A program made the translations under genes and the position numbers. Shown piece by piece: positions 17,726 through 26,885 of a stretch of DNA of 64,000 bases; position 1 is the first letter of the stretch; every line of letters begins with the position of its first letter. The DNA lies in the IMG/VR virus record IMGVR_UViG_3300044971_004534; one strand, given 5' to 3'. The DNA comes from a virus. The notes beneath the pieces are model-generated. The model ran no database searches. It had not been told where the DNA came from and saw only the letters and a program-made list of their open reading frames with translations.

Positions 17726-19657
17726 ATGTCAAAACTAAATGATGAACAAATAATGGCTGTGGACCATGTTTTTGGTCCATGCTTGGTAAGTGCTTGTCCT
17801 GGGGCTGGAAAAACAAGAGTAATAACTCATAGAGCTATATCATTAGTAAAAAAGGGCATACAGCCGTCAAAAATATTGCTTGTTACATTTACTAATAAGG
17901 CTTCTCGAGAAATGCAAGAGCGTATTAATAAGCTAGCTCAAGATGTTGGCGTTTCGGTTGATGGCATGTCTGTTGGTACTTTTCATAAAACATGTCTTCA
18001 AATTTTGCGATACTCTAAAAGTGTGAAAAGATCATACAGATCTTGCAATATTATGGACCCTGATGATGTAGATTCTTTATTAAAATCTGTAGCAGAAGAT
18101 CACCATGTATCTTTAGAAAAAGAAGAGTTAGAAAAATTTAAGTATCTTTATGATTCTTTGAGAGAAAAAGCTTTAACTAAAGATTTAATAATAGACGGAT
18201 TGAGGTCTTCCAATCCTGCTTATGAACATTTGTATAGTTTGTACGAGCAAGCGGTGTCGAACGTAAATGCTATAGATTTTAGTGGTATTATGTATAACTT
18301 TTGGGATGAACTATGTAATAATCATGAATTTAGAAAAGAAGTAAAAAGCCTTTATGATTTTATGATGGTTGATGAAGTCCAAGATACCAATACCATACAA
18401 TTTGAGATTGCAAAAATTATGTGCGAAAATCATCAAAACATATTTATGGTAGGAGACACTGACCAGAGTATTTACCAGTGGCGTGGAGCTAATCCAGGTC
18501 AAGTCTCTAAGTTTATTAAAGAGACAGGCTGTAAGGTTTACAGGTTAAGTAAAAACTATCGTTGTACTGGCGCAATTGCAAATACTGCTTCTAATTTAAT
18601 ATGCAATAACCCAAATAGGCTTAATTCTCAGATTATTGCACACAGAGAAATTGGAGAACCAGTTTCTTTAGCTGTGCATATGACAAGAGATGAAGAGTCA
18701 GATGTACTATGTAGAAATATTGTAAAAATTAAATTAATGGGTACAAAAATGAATGACGTGGCAGTTTTAGTGAGGGCTAGTCATTTAACTCGTAGTATTG
18801 AGCAAGCCATGATGCGGCATAATGTGCCATATTCTATGACTGGTGGCTTTAGATTTTATGATCGAGAAGAGATAAAAGATGTAGTGTCAATGTTGAAATT
18901 TGTTAATAATCCCAGAGATGTTTTAAGTCTATCTCGCTTTATGAACAAGCCAAAGCGTGGATTGGGAGGTAAGTGTGTTCAGTTTATTAGTTCACTGTCG
19001 TTGAAAAATGGCATGTCTGAAAACATTGCTGAATATATAAGCAGTTCGTCAGAATTAAAGGAAGCTCAAAAAAATGCTCTCATAAGATTGTTGAAAGATA
19101 TATTTAGCAAGGATCTTACTGGATTGTCTGTTGCAGATCTCATTAGTCATTTACTAGAAGCCACTAAGTATTTTGATTATATTAAAACTTTTAAGGGTGA
19201 AGTTCCAGTAGATAAAACTGAAAATATTCAAGAGTTAATTAAGAGCGTTTCAATTTCTCAGCAGTCTTTAGAAGAATTCTTGATGTCTGTGTCTTTAATG
19301 TCTACTCCTAAGGAAGCGTCTGAACAGGATGAAATAAACTCAGTTAAAATTATGACTATGCATGCCGCAAAAGGTCTTGAATTTAAGTATGTTTTCATTC
19401 CTTGTTTTGAAGAAAATATCATACCCCACCGTCGATCAATTGCAGAAAGTGCTACTGGCATTGAAGAAGAAAGAAGATTAGCATATGTTGCTATAACAAG
19501 AGCTATGGATAAGCTTTTTGTTAGTACTGCAATATCTGATGGAGGTTTTTCTAGAGAACTCAAGATGCCAAGTAGATTCATATTTGAGAGTGGACTATGT
19601 GACCAGAGTCAGTATTATGATCTCGTACAAGAAGCTAGAAACAATTTCATGGGCTAA
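17726..19657 (+). CDS. uvrD: UvrD/Rep/PcrA-family SF1 DNA helicase
   Basis: Motifs: ACPGAGKTRVITHR (Walker A), MVDEVQDTN (motif II), YQWRGA (III), TMHAAKGLEF (V), VAITRA (VI). The first ATG after the upstream stop is at 17726. Confidence 0.9.
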   Translation: MSKLNDEQIMAVDHVFGPCLVSACPGAGKTRVITHRAISLVKKGIQPSKILLVTFTNKASREMQERINKLAQDVGVSVDGMSVGTFHKTCLQILRYSKSVKRSYRSCNIMDPDDVDSLLKSVAEDHHVSLEKEELEKFKYLYDSLREKALTKDLIIDGLRSSNPAYEHLYSLYEQAVSNVNAIDFSGIMYNFWDELCNNHEFRKEVKSLYDFMMVDEVQDTNTIQFEIAKIMCENHQNIFMVGDTDQSIYQWRGANPGQVSKFIKETGCKVYRLSKNYRCTGAIANTASNLICNNPNRLNSQIIAHREIGEPVSLAVHMTRDEESDVLCRNIVKIKLMGTKMNDVAVLVRASHLTRSIEQAMMRHNVPYSMTGGFRFYDREEIKDVVSMLKFVNNPRDVLSLSRFMNKPKRGLGGKCVQFISSLSLKNGMSENIAEYISSSSELKEAQKNALIRLLKDIFSKDLTGLSVADLISHLLEATKYFDYIKTFKGEVPVDKTENIQELIKSVSISQQSLEEFLMSVSLMSTPKEASEQDEINSVKIMTMHAAKGLEFKYVFIPCFEENIIPHRRSIAESATGIEEERRLAYVAITRAMDKLFVSTAISDGGFSRELKMPSRFIFESGLCDQSQYYDLVQEARNNFMG

Positions 19658-20381
19658 AAAACCTGTTGTTATTTTAGGAGCAGGTCCGTCACTTATTTCT
19701 TATGACTTTACTGCTTGCAGCTGTCATATGATTGTTGTTAATAGTGCTATATTAAAAACTAAATGGGATAGAGAATTTGAAAAAGATATTTTGCGTGCAT
19801 GGATTAGCAATGATAGCTTATGTAGAAAATGGTCTTATTTTGACAAAGTAAAATCAGATTTTTGTTATAAAATTGTTAGAGACTCTTGGGCCAAGTATGC
19901 GGATGAATTGAAGGATTTTATTTTTTTTAAACCAAGAAAAACAAGAGAAGATATTATTGAAGAAAATGACGATGGATTATTATATAATTCTTCTGTTCCA
20001 TCAGCTATAGATTTAGCTATTAAAATTGGATTTAATGAAATTTATCTATTTGGAATAGATCATACAGTAAGTGGAGAAAAAACTCATTTTTGGCAATTTT
20101 TACCAAAACATATACAACCAAAAGAAAAAATTATTAGCAATAACCGCACCATTTTTGCACAGCCTACGCGCATAATGCAGCCAGTTCCTATGCAAAAAAA
20201 TGTATGGAACATGAATATAGAGGTATTCAAATCTCTTAGCAACTACGCAAAAACAAAAAATGTAAATATTTTTAACATAAATGATTCCTCTACTTTAATA
20301 CCTTTTGAGCATAAACATTTATCAAACACAGATTTAATAAATTATGGCGTTAAACATATGCCAATTTCAAAATATTCATAA
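19617..20381 (+). CDS. GT42 sialyltransferase / Maf (DUF115)-like nonulosonic-acid transferase, copy 1
   Basis: N-terminal VVILGAGPSL and central AIDLAIKIGFNEIYLFGIDH resemble the GNGPSL and GYKEIYLSGID motifs of Campylobacter CstII-type enzymes. This is from memory and needs an alignment. The start overlaps uvrD by 41 nt. Confidence 0.55.
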   Translation: MISYKKLETISWAKKPVVILGAGPSLISYDFTACSCHMIVVNSAILKTKWDREFEKDILRAWISNDSLCRKWSYFDKVKSDFCYKIVRDSWAKYADELKDFIFFKPRKTREDIIEENDDGLLYNSSVPSAIDLAIKIGFNEIYLFGIDHTVSGEKTHFWQFLPKHIQPKEKIISNNRTIFAQPTRIMQPVPMQKNVWNMNIEVFKSLSNYAKTKNVNIFNINDSSTLIPFEHKHLSNTDLINYGVKHMPISKYS

Positions 20382-21090
20382 AGATAAGCTTGGTTTTATC
20401 TTAGGATCTGGTCCATCTTTAAGGGATATTAAGCCAGATTTACTGTCCCCATATGTTACTATGACAGTAAACTCTTCAATACTGTTTGACAAATCATGTG
20501 ATTATTTTGTCAGTGACGACTGGTCTGTTTCTAATTGGTCTTATTTTATAAGAGATTTGTCGCAGTCGTCTTGTGTAAAATTTCTTTATGATAAAAAGTT
20601 TCAAGGTAGAGCTTACCATTTGCGTCAGCACGAGGTTTGTATGTTTGAGCACACATGGTATTTTGATCCTAAAACAAAAAGATATAACATGAAAGGCTTA
20701 GTGATGGGCAGAGATTGCCAGCAGCCGGTTATAGGGGCTCGTACCAGTTTGGCAAGCGGCATCCACATTATGCGGATGATGGGCTGTAATCCGATTGTAA
20801 TGCTTGGATGTGATTGCAAAATGAATGGTGACAAAAGATACTTTTGGGAGTATCCAGGTTTTGTAAAGCCCGTAAGATTAGATAAGAGATCGGTTATGCC
20901 TTCTCATGCAAAAATTGCAATTGGATCAAAAGAGTGTCAAGATATTTTAGAATATTGGAAATTGTTTAAAAAAATGAATGAAAAATGTGATACTCATATA
21001 ATAAACGCAACTAAAGACTCTGCTTTAAATATTTTTGACCAATTTGAACTCGATAAAGTATTAGAAAAATATGGTGACAGGAAAAAATGA
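20344..21090 (+). CDS. GT42 sialyltransferase / Maf (DUF115)-like nonulosonic-acid transferase, copy 2
   Basis: GFILGSGPSL and GIHIMRMMGCNPIVMLGCDC give the same architecture as copy 1, so this is a divergent tandem paralogue. Confidence 0.5.
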   Translation: MALNICQFQNIHKDKLGFILGSGPSLRDIKPDLLSPYVTMTVNSSILFDKSCDYFVSDDWSVSNWSYFIRDLSQSSCVKFLYDKKFQGRAYHLRQHEVCMFEHTWYFDPKTKRYNMKGLVMGRDCQQPVIGARTSLASGIHIMRMMGCNPIVMLGCDCKMNGDKRYFWEYPGFVKPVRLDKRSVMPSHAKIAIGSKECQDILEYWKLFKKMNEKCDTHIINATKDSALNIFDQFELDKVLEKYGDRKK

Positions 21091-21822
21091 ATGAAAAATA
21101 TTTGCTTTATTCCAGCTCGTGGCGGTTCAAAAGGAATCAAAAATAAAAATATAGTGCCACTGAATGGTTTGCCGCTTATTTATTGGACAATCTTAGCAGC
21201 TGCAGAGTCTGAAATTTTTGATACCATATATCTTTCATCTAACGATGTCTCTATTTTGGCGTATGCAGATATTTTTAATGGCAATATTGGTGGATGTAAT
21301 ATAAAAAAAATTATTAGATCAGATTTAACAAGTCAAGATAAATCTACTACTGAATCTTCAGTATTGGAATTTTTACAAAACAATTATTCTGTAAAGAGTG
21401 AAGATTTTATTTATATATTACAGCCTACTTCTCCATTAAGACATAATGATTTAATAGCTGAATTTGATTCGGATTTTAAAAAATCAGGCAAGCAATCTGG
21501 TTTTACTGTACAGCCTGTTACTCCGTTTTTGTGGTATAATAAAATTCCTATGTATGATATTCATAAAAGAAAAATGCGTCAAGATTTGTGTGAAAATGAG
21601 TTTTACTATCATGAAGACGGAAACATTTATGCATGCACTGTTGAGCATATGATGAATAAAAATTTAAGATTGTCAGAAGATTCTTACATGCACGTAAATG
21701 ATGAATTAAGATCTTTTCAAATTGATACTTATTTGGAATTAGAATTTTTAAATTTTATAGCAATAAAAAATATGGAGGTTTCTGAATGGAAGAAAGACAT
21801 TGCAAGCTTGTTGCCGAAATAG
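21091..21822 (+). CDS. neuA: acylneuraminate (CMP-nonulosonate) cytidylyltransferase, NeuA-like
   Basis: N-terminal CFIPARGGSKGIKNKNIVPLNGLPLIYWTI is the signature of the CMP-NeuAc/CMP-KDO synthetase family. Also LQPTSPLR. Confidence 0.8.
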   Translation: MKNICFIPARGGSKGIKNKNIVPLNGLPLIYWTILAAAESEIFDTIYLSSNDVSILAYADIFNGNIGGCNIKKIIRSDLTSQDKSTTESSVLEFLQNNYSVKSEDFIYILQPTSPLRHNDLIAEFDSDFKKSGKQSGFTVQPVTPFLWYNKIPMYDIHKRKMRQDLCENEFYYHEDGNIYACTVEHMMNKNLRLSEDSYMHVNDELRSFQIDTYLELEFLNFIAIKNMEVSEWKKDIASLLPK

Positions 21823-22631
21823 GTGCGTCTCATGCAGGCTCTTTAAAAAGGGCTATTATGCTTACGGAATTAGCGGCATATAATGGTGCCGATGTTGTTA
21901 AGTTTCAAAAAAGAAATCCTTACAAGTCTGTACCTAATGATATAGCTAACAAGCCTCATCCAAATCCTCATTTTGCATATGGTGACACGTATCTAGAGCA
22001 CAGACTAAATTTAGAGTTAGACATACAAGATCATGAAGTTTTAAAACAACGTTGTGATGAATTGGGGGTTGAGTACGGATGTAGCGTTTGGGATATGGAC
22101 AGTGCCGAAGAAATAATAGACATAAAGCCTGGCTTACTAAAGATACCAAGTGCTTGTAACATGCATTTTAATTTAATTGAATATTGCTTGTCAAATTTTG
22201 ACGGCATGTTGCACATAAGCTTGGGTATGATGAATCAGGATGACAGAAATATTTTATTTACAAAATTTAAGTCAAAAAATGTAATATTTTATCATACCAC
22301 TACTGAATATCCATGTCCATTTGAAAGACTATATTTAAAAGAAATATCTAATATTTATAATTTATTTGGTCAGGTAGGGTTTAGTAATCACGGATATGGA
22401 ATATCTGCTGACATTGCAGCTCTTGCATTAGGGGCTACATTCATTGAAAGACATTTTATAGATGATAGAACTTTTAGACATACAGATGCTGCTGCTAGTC
22501 TTGAGCCAAACGGTCTTAAAACATTAAAAAGAGATATTAGACATGTTGGACGAGCGTTAAAATTTATGAATAATGAATGTACTGACGAGGAAAAAAGTCA
22601 ATCTCTTAAGCTAAGGAATTCTTTTAAATGA
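21786..22631 (+). CDS. neuB: NeuB-family nonulosonic acid (9-phosphate?) synthase, catalytic barrel only
   Basis: Motifs: VAEIGASHAGSLKRAIMLTELAAYNGADVVKFQKR, LKIPSACN, HISLGMM, YHTTTEYPCPFERL, GFSNHGYGISADIAALALGATFIERHF. At 281 aa it lacks the C-terminal SAF domain. Confidence 0.8.
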   Translation: MEERHCKLVAEIGASHAGSLKRAIMLTELAAYNGADVVKFQKRNPYKSVPNDIANKPHPNPHFAYGDTYLEHRLNLELDIQDHEVLKQRCDELGVEYGCSVWDMDSAEEIIDIKPGLLKIPSACNMHFNLIEYCLSNFDGMLHISLGMMNQDDRNILFTKFKSKNVIFYHTTTEYPCPFERLYLKEISNIYNLFGQVGFSNHGYGISADIAALALGATFIERHFIDDRTFRHTDAAASLEPNGLKTLKRDIRHVGRALKFMNNECTDEEKSQSLKLRNSFK

Positions 22632-23104
22632 TAATTTTTTCAGACGTTGATGGTGTTTTGACTGATGGAATGTATTATCATAACGAAGAGGGTATGATAG
22701 GCAAGGGATTTTCTACTAGAGATTTTCATGCAATTAACGCATTTGTAAAAAATGGTTTTAATTTTGTTTTTTTAACTGCAGCAACAGATATTGCTACAAT
22801 AAAAAAAATTAAAAACAATAAATTAAAACTTATTGCAGGATGCAAAGACAAAAAAGAAGCTGTTATATCTACATGCATACAGCAGGGCTATTTGGCGTCT
22901 GATTGCATTTTCGTAGGAGATGGGCCTCAAGATATATGTGCTATGCAGGCTTGTGGTCAATGTTTTTGTCCGTATGATGCTTGTCATGCAGTACTTAGTG
23001 TTCCTGGTGTTAATAGGCTTGAATCTTGCGGAGGTAAGGGAGTCATAGACGAATTACTTTTTAAATTATTTAAAACAGAATATATGAGCATAATGATTAA
23101 ATGA
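22628..23104 (+). CDS. KdsC-type (C0) HAD phosphatase, putative nonulosonate-9-phosphate phosphatase
   Basis: HAD motif I FSDVDGVLTDG and motif IV FVGDGPQD. The 158-aa size is typical of KDO-8-P/KDN-9-P phosphatases. ATGA junctions on both sides. Confidence 0.75.
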   Translation: MIIFSDVDGVLTDGMYYHNEEGMIGKGFSTRDFHAINAFVKNGFNFVFLTAATDIATIKKIKNNKLKLIAGCKDKKEAVISTCIQQGYLASDCIFVGDGPQDICAMQACGQCFCPYDACHAVLSVPGVNRLESCGGKGVIDELLFKLFKTEYMSIMIK

Positions 23105-24699
23105 AGCTTATTCATGTCATAGAAAAAACTTTTAATTCTGGCGCTGCATCTTCTTTGAAGCAAATATATGATGCATTGAGTGATTCTTCATTCATAAGCG
23201 AACAGGAAGTTGTGTGTGTAAAAACTAAAAGAGTAGACAAAAACATGCCGGATTTTTTCCCAGTTCCAGCAAGCTATTCTACTTTTGAATCTATTATTAA
23301 TGACGCGAAAAGTAATAAGTATAATGAAAGCGTTTTTGTTTTTCATAAACTTATGTGCTCTCCAACAAAAATGTTTGCTAATTTATTATGGAAAGTAAAA
23401 CGACCATATTTTGTTATCAATCATACATATTCTGATTGTGCAAATTTTAATAAATTATTTAATTTTACAGAGTGTGTATGTGTAAGCGAGCATATGAGAA
23501 AAAAAATGTCCGTCAATAACAGAAACACTAATTTTTATACTATAAAAAACATTGTAGACCAAAACTTTGTGTCTCAGTTTTCTTGTAGAGAAGTTAAAGA
23601 TACTTCAATTTTTAAAACAGGACGTATTAATTCAATTAATGCCATAAAGTATAGTCCAGACTTTATTAAATGGGTGTCTAATTTAAGTTTATCTAAAAAT
23701 CATTTTCATGAATACATGGGTACAGGTCAGTATTATAATGAAGCCTACACTTTAGCTGAATCGTGCAGGAAAGAAAAAAGTCATTGCGCCATGATAGGAG
23801 CAATAAATAATGATGAAGAAAAATTTAGTAAACTTAAATCGTGGGATGTTTTCCTGTATCACATTAATAGACCAGAGGGAACATCTATGGCTGTACTGGA
23901 AAGTTTGGCATCTGGAGTGCCAGTAGTTTGCTCTAATCTTCCTGGCAATAATGAGCTTATAGTTAATGGAGTTAATGGTTATGTATTTGACTCTTTTGTA
24001 GAAGCTGAATCTATACTTAATATGCTTTGTTCAAATAATGAAAAACTCGAATCCCTTAAGGCTTCTACTCAAAATTGGGCTTTTAAAAATTTAAATAAAA
24101 ATTATTTAAAACAACAATATGAAAAAGTTATATCTTCCGTAATAGAAAATTTTAATAATAAGACTTCGGGCAGATCAGCTCCAGAAAAATTTGTTAAATT
24201 AAATAAGGAAGCAAGAGCTGCAAATGTAAGGGAAAACATAAAGCAAGTAATTCAAAATAGGGTTTCTGATAAAAAAATCAGTAAGGTTAAAAATGTTTAT
24301 CCTAAAAATACATATAGAAACAAGCACGTCGTTGGTAGCAAGATTATAAAAAAAAGAGCTTTTACTTCAGATGTTCCACTTATTGCTGAAGTGCAAAAAA
24401 CTTTCTTTCCCATATTGTCAATAAAAGAAATTGATCGTGCGGCATTTATGCATTCAGATATGATTGGCTTTAGTTGCAGTGACAATAATGATAGAGACTG
24501 CTTTTTGCTAAACGCAAAGAATTACGCTGATTGTGACTGTGTAATTTTGCATACTGATAATTATTTAATAGAAAAATCTAATGATTTAGAAAAAGCGAAT
24601 TTAGAAAAATCCGATATAATCTATGTTAATATAAAATATATTAATAATTTTAAAAATCTAATTATAAGTAAATCTATATGGGCAGAAAAAGAAAAATAA
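23101..24699 (+). CDS. GT4-family (GT-B) glycosyltransferase with about 180-aa C-terminal extension
   Basis: The EGTSMAVLESLASGVPVVCSNLPGNNELIVNGVNGYVF motif (E-x7-E region) is typical of GT4/GT1 retaining glycosyltransferases. The C-terminal third is uncharacterised. Confidence 0.7.
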   Translation: MKLIHVIEKTFNSGAASSLKQIYDALSDSSFISEQEVVCVKTKRVDKNMPDFFPVPASYSTFESIINDAKSNKYNESVFVFHKLMCSPTKMFANLLWKVKRPYFVINHTYSDCANFNKLFNFTECVCVSEHMRKKMSVNNRNTNFYTIKNIVDQNFVSQFSCREVKDTSIFKTGRINSINAIKYSPDFIKWVSNLSLSKNHFHEYMGTGQYYNEAYTLAESCRKEKSHCAMIGAINNDEEKFSKLKSWDVFLYHINRPEGTSMAVLESLASGVPVVCSNLPGNNELIVNGVNGYVFDSFVEAESILNMLCSNNEKLESLKASTQNWAFKNLNKNYLKQQYEKVISSVIENFNNKTSGRSAPEKFVKLNKEARAANVRENIKQVIQNRVSDKKISKVKNVYPKNTYRNKHVVGSKIIKKRAFTSDVPLIAEVQKTFFPILSIKEIDRAAFMHSDMIGFSCSDNNDRDCFLLNAKNYADCDCVILHTDNYLIEKSNDLEKANLEKSDIIYVNIKYINNFKNLIISKSIWAEKEK

Positions 24700-24983
24700 A
24701 AAGAGTATACTTAAAAAAATCAAACATAGATATCACGGAAGTTTTGCAACATGTTAGTTATGCTCAGTTGGTAAAAAAGAACACAATATTTTATGTGTCA
24801 GAGACTGATAGTCATACTGTCGATAATTTATTAAAAGATGCGAATGTTATTTATAACAGAAACTATCTTGTTAGGAGTAAGAGATTTAAGTATCAAATAA
24901 TAGTCAAGCAATCGAATGAAAAGGAATCAGTCGATATAGTTAGTGAGTTTATAAACAATTTTAAGCTTAAGGAGAAAAAATGA
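24678..24983 (+). CDS. hypothetical protein
   Basis: 101-aa basic ORF. No motif. Confidence 0.45.
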   Translation: MGRKRKIKRVYLKKSNIDITEVLQHVSYAQLVKKNTIFYVSETDSHTVDNLLKDANVIYNRNYLVRSKRFKYQIIVKQSNEKESVDIVSEFINNFKLKEKK

Positions 24984-25306
24984 TTAGAAAGTTACAGGCA
25001 TACGTTAATGATGAGGGCATCAAGATTGAGCACATCGAAAAGGCTGGAGACAGTGATTCTTTAGAATTTTCCTATTTCGGTGTTGCACAGATGGTTACCA
25101 ATTTTGGTCAGTCAGAGGTTAGATTTGTTATACCTGCTGTGTCCTTAGAGGAAGCTTTTGAAAAGTACGAAGAAGAACTTAAGAAGTTCTCTGACGAAAT
25201 GAAGAAGCAGATTGCTGAGCGTCAGGCAGCTGCTCAAAAGAAGCAGGCAGATTCTGCAGCAACTTCAGCTGAAGGTGTTGTGATGAGTGCTCAGCCCGCT
25301 GATTGA
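24980..25306 (+). CDS. hypothetical protein (probably highly expressed)
   Basis: Strong SD (AAGGAGA) and visibly higher GC and different codon choice than neighbours. Ala/Gln-rich tail. Confidence 0.55.
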   Translation: MIRKLQAYVNDEGIKIEHIEKAGDSDSLEFSYFGVAQMVTNFGQSEVRFVIPAVSLEEAFEKYEEELKKFSDEMKKQIAERQAAAQKKQADSAATSAEGVVMSAQPAD

Positions 25307-25346
25307 AAGGATTGGTAAGAGTCAGTAGCTATGTTGGAATTTTTAA

Positions 25347-25994
25347 ATGAAAATAGGATTTTGTACAGACTTATGTGACGGTCTTTTTGATTTAAAAGAA
25401 AATCTAGATTGTTTAATTTGCTGCGGAAACTTTTTGCCTATTTATGACAAAGAGTTACTGACTTGGAACATTACAAATCAAGTGGATTGGATAGAGGACC
25501 ATCTAAATAAATGGATGGACCGCTATCCAAACACTTGTTTTATTTTTGGCGGTGGTCCAAATGATCATTTGGCAAAGTTTTATGGATCAAATGCTAATTA
25601 CTATATGAGAGCAAACTATTTGCAAGACGAATTAATGACCTATAAGGGTCTTAAAGTTTACTCAATGCCTTGGGTTCCTATTCACTTTTCAAACATGGAG
25701 CCAAATGCATTCAAGTCTAGAGATATAGATCTTTACTTAGCTGCTGTTGATAGCATACCTGAAGAAACTGATATTTTAATCACGTGGAATCATTGTTACA
25801 TGCATAAAAATTGTAATGATATATCTGAGCAGGGGGATATTTACTTGAATAAAAAAGTGCAGTCTCTAAAAAATTTAAAGATTCATGCATTTGGACAGCT
25901 GGTTGAGGATAATGTAATACAGAACGCAACAAGTCACCTTGTCGTGTGTGCTAATAGGTCCCATGTTGGGAACTACACGACGGTGCAGATTTGA
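25347..25994 (+). CDS. metallophosphoesterase-like protein with degenerate metal-binding motifs
   Basis: Layout resembles calcineurin-like phosphoesterases, but the signature residues are replaced: CTDLCDG for DxHG, CCGNF for GDxxD, GGGPNDH for GNHD/E. Confidence 0.3.
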   Translation: MKIGFCTDLCDGLFDLKENLDCLICCGNFLPIYDKELLTWNITNQVDWIEDHLNKWMDRYPNTCFIFGGGPNDHLAKFYGSNANYYMRANYLQDELMTYKGLKVYSMPWVPIHFSNMEPNAFKSRDIDLYLAAVDSIPEETDILITWNHCYMHKNCNDISEQGDIYLNKKVQSLKNLKIHAFGQLVEDNVIQNATSHLVVCANRSHVGNYTTVQI

Positions 25995-26006
25995 CGGAGT
26001 AAGGAT

Positions 26007-26345
26007 ATGAATCCTGAAGACATTAGTAAGTTTGTTCATGGTTGTGAGATAGGCGATTTAAGAGGTTCTGATTTTGAAGGACATGTTGGCATATTAATGA
26101 TGCATCATTTTCTTTCTAAGGCATCTCTAGATGTGAGTAAGTTTTCCAAAGAGCACAAGTTGAATTATGACATGTGCATCGCGGTTGCTGACAGATTTGT
26201 TGTTAATGGACTAATGCAGCCTTATAGTTGGCCATGCAAGTCCAGAAACAGCATGCTTTCGGTGCTTAAGCACAAGAGTAAGATTTCTGTGCGTGATTGG
26301 TGCTATATTGCTGGTATTGCGTCTGGCTACACTGGAAAGTTTTAA
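26007..26345 (+). CDS. hypothetical protein
   Basis: 112-aa ORF with an SD (GGAGTAAGGA). No motif. Confidence 0.5.
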   Translation: MNPEDISKFVHGCEIGDLRGSDFEGHVGILMMHHFLSKASLDVSKFSKEHKLNYDMCIAVADRFVVNGLMQPYSWPCKSRNSMLSVLKHKSKISVRDWCYIAGIASGYTGKF

Positions 26346-26852
26346 GTGAAACATTCACGTAAAATTGCCCACAGGTTAGCTGATGTTATTCTGAAATCAG
26401 CTACCAATAGTCTTGAGCCAAATCGCATGAGAGACATGTATCTGCAGACCTCTACGATTACTAGTGGCTCTAGTGATGAAATGGATCAGCATAATAGTGC
26501 TATTGTGGTGTCAGCATGGGTAGATTCAATAATCGAACATATGGCTGACAGGAAGGATCGAATAATTTCCGACTATGTGTTGGATTTGATTCAAAGCATT
26601 GAGATTTATCTGGAAAATCACTACACTGAAGAAGAGCTTTTGTTTATTGTAGATGCAATAGAGAATAAGTCTTTTAAAAAACTATTGCTTGATGAAGGCA
26701 TTTTTGAGTCTGTTCTAAATGCCAAAGAAGTTTTTAACAAGAAAGTGCTTAAAGAAATGCAGTCAGAAGAGTGCATAAATATTATGCAAAAAAAGCTGCA
26801 TGATCTCATGATGAGAAAGCATTTTGACGATAACACTTTAGACTCCGATTGA
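26346..26852 (+). CDS. hypothetical protein
   Basis: 168-aa ORF with an apparent GTG start directly after the upstream TAA. The first in-frame ATG is at 26427. Confidence 0.45.
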   Translation: MKHSRKIAHRLADVILKSATNSLEPNRMRDMYLQTSTITSGSSDEMDQHNSAIVVSAWVDSIIEHMADRKDRIISDYVLDLIQSIEIYLENHYTEEELLFIVDAIENKSFKKLLLDEGIFESVLNAKEVFNKKVLKEMQSEECINIMQKKLHDLMMRKHFDDNTLDSD

Positions 26853-26885
26853 CGGAGAGAAAGCTAATTAAAAGGAGAAAAAGCT

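Noticed and set aside
25991-26857. Repeated TTGACGGAG (25991-25999 and 26849-26857) as a possible promoter -35 element
   Set aside because: In both cases it is simply a TGA stop followed by a GGAG ribosome-binding site a few nt from the next start. There is no room for a -10 element and transcript start.
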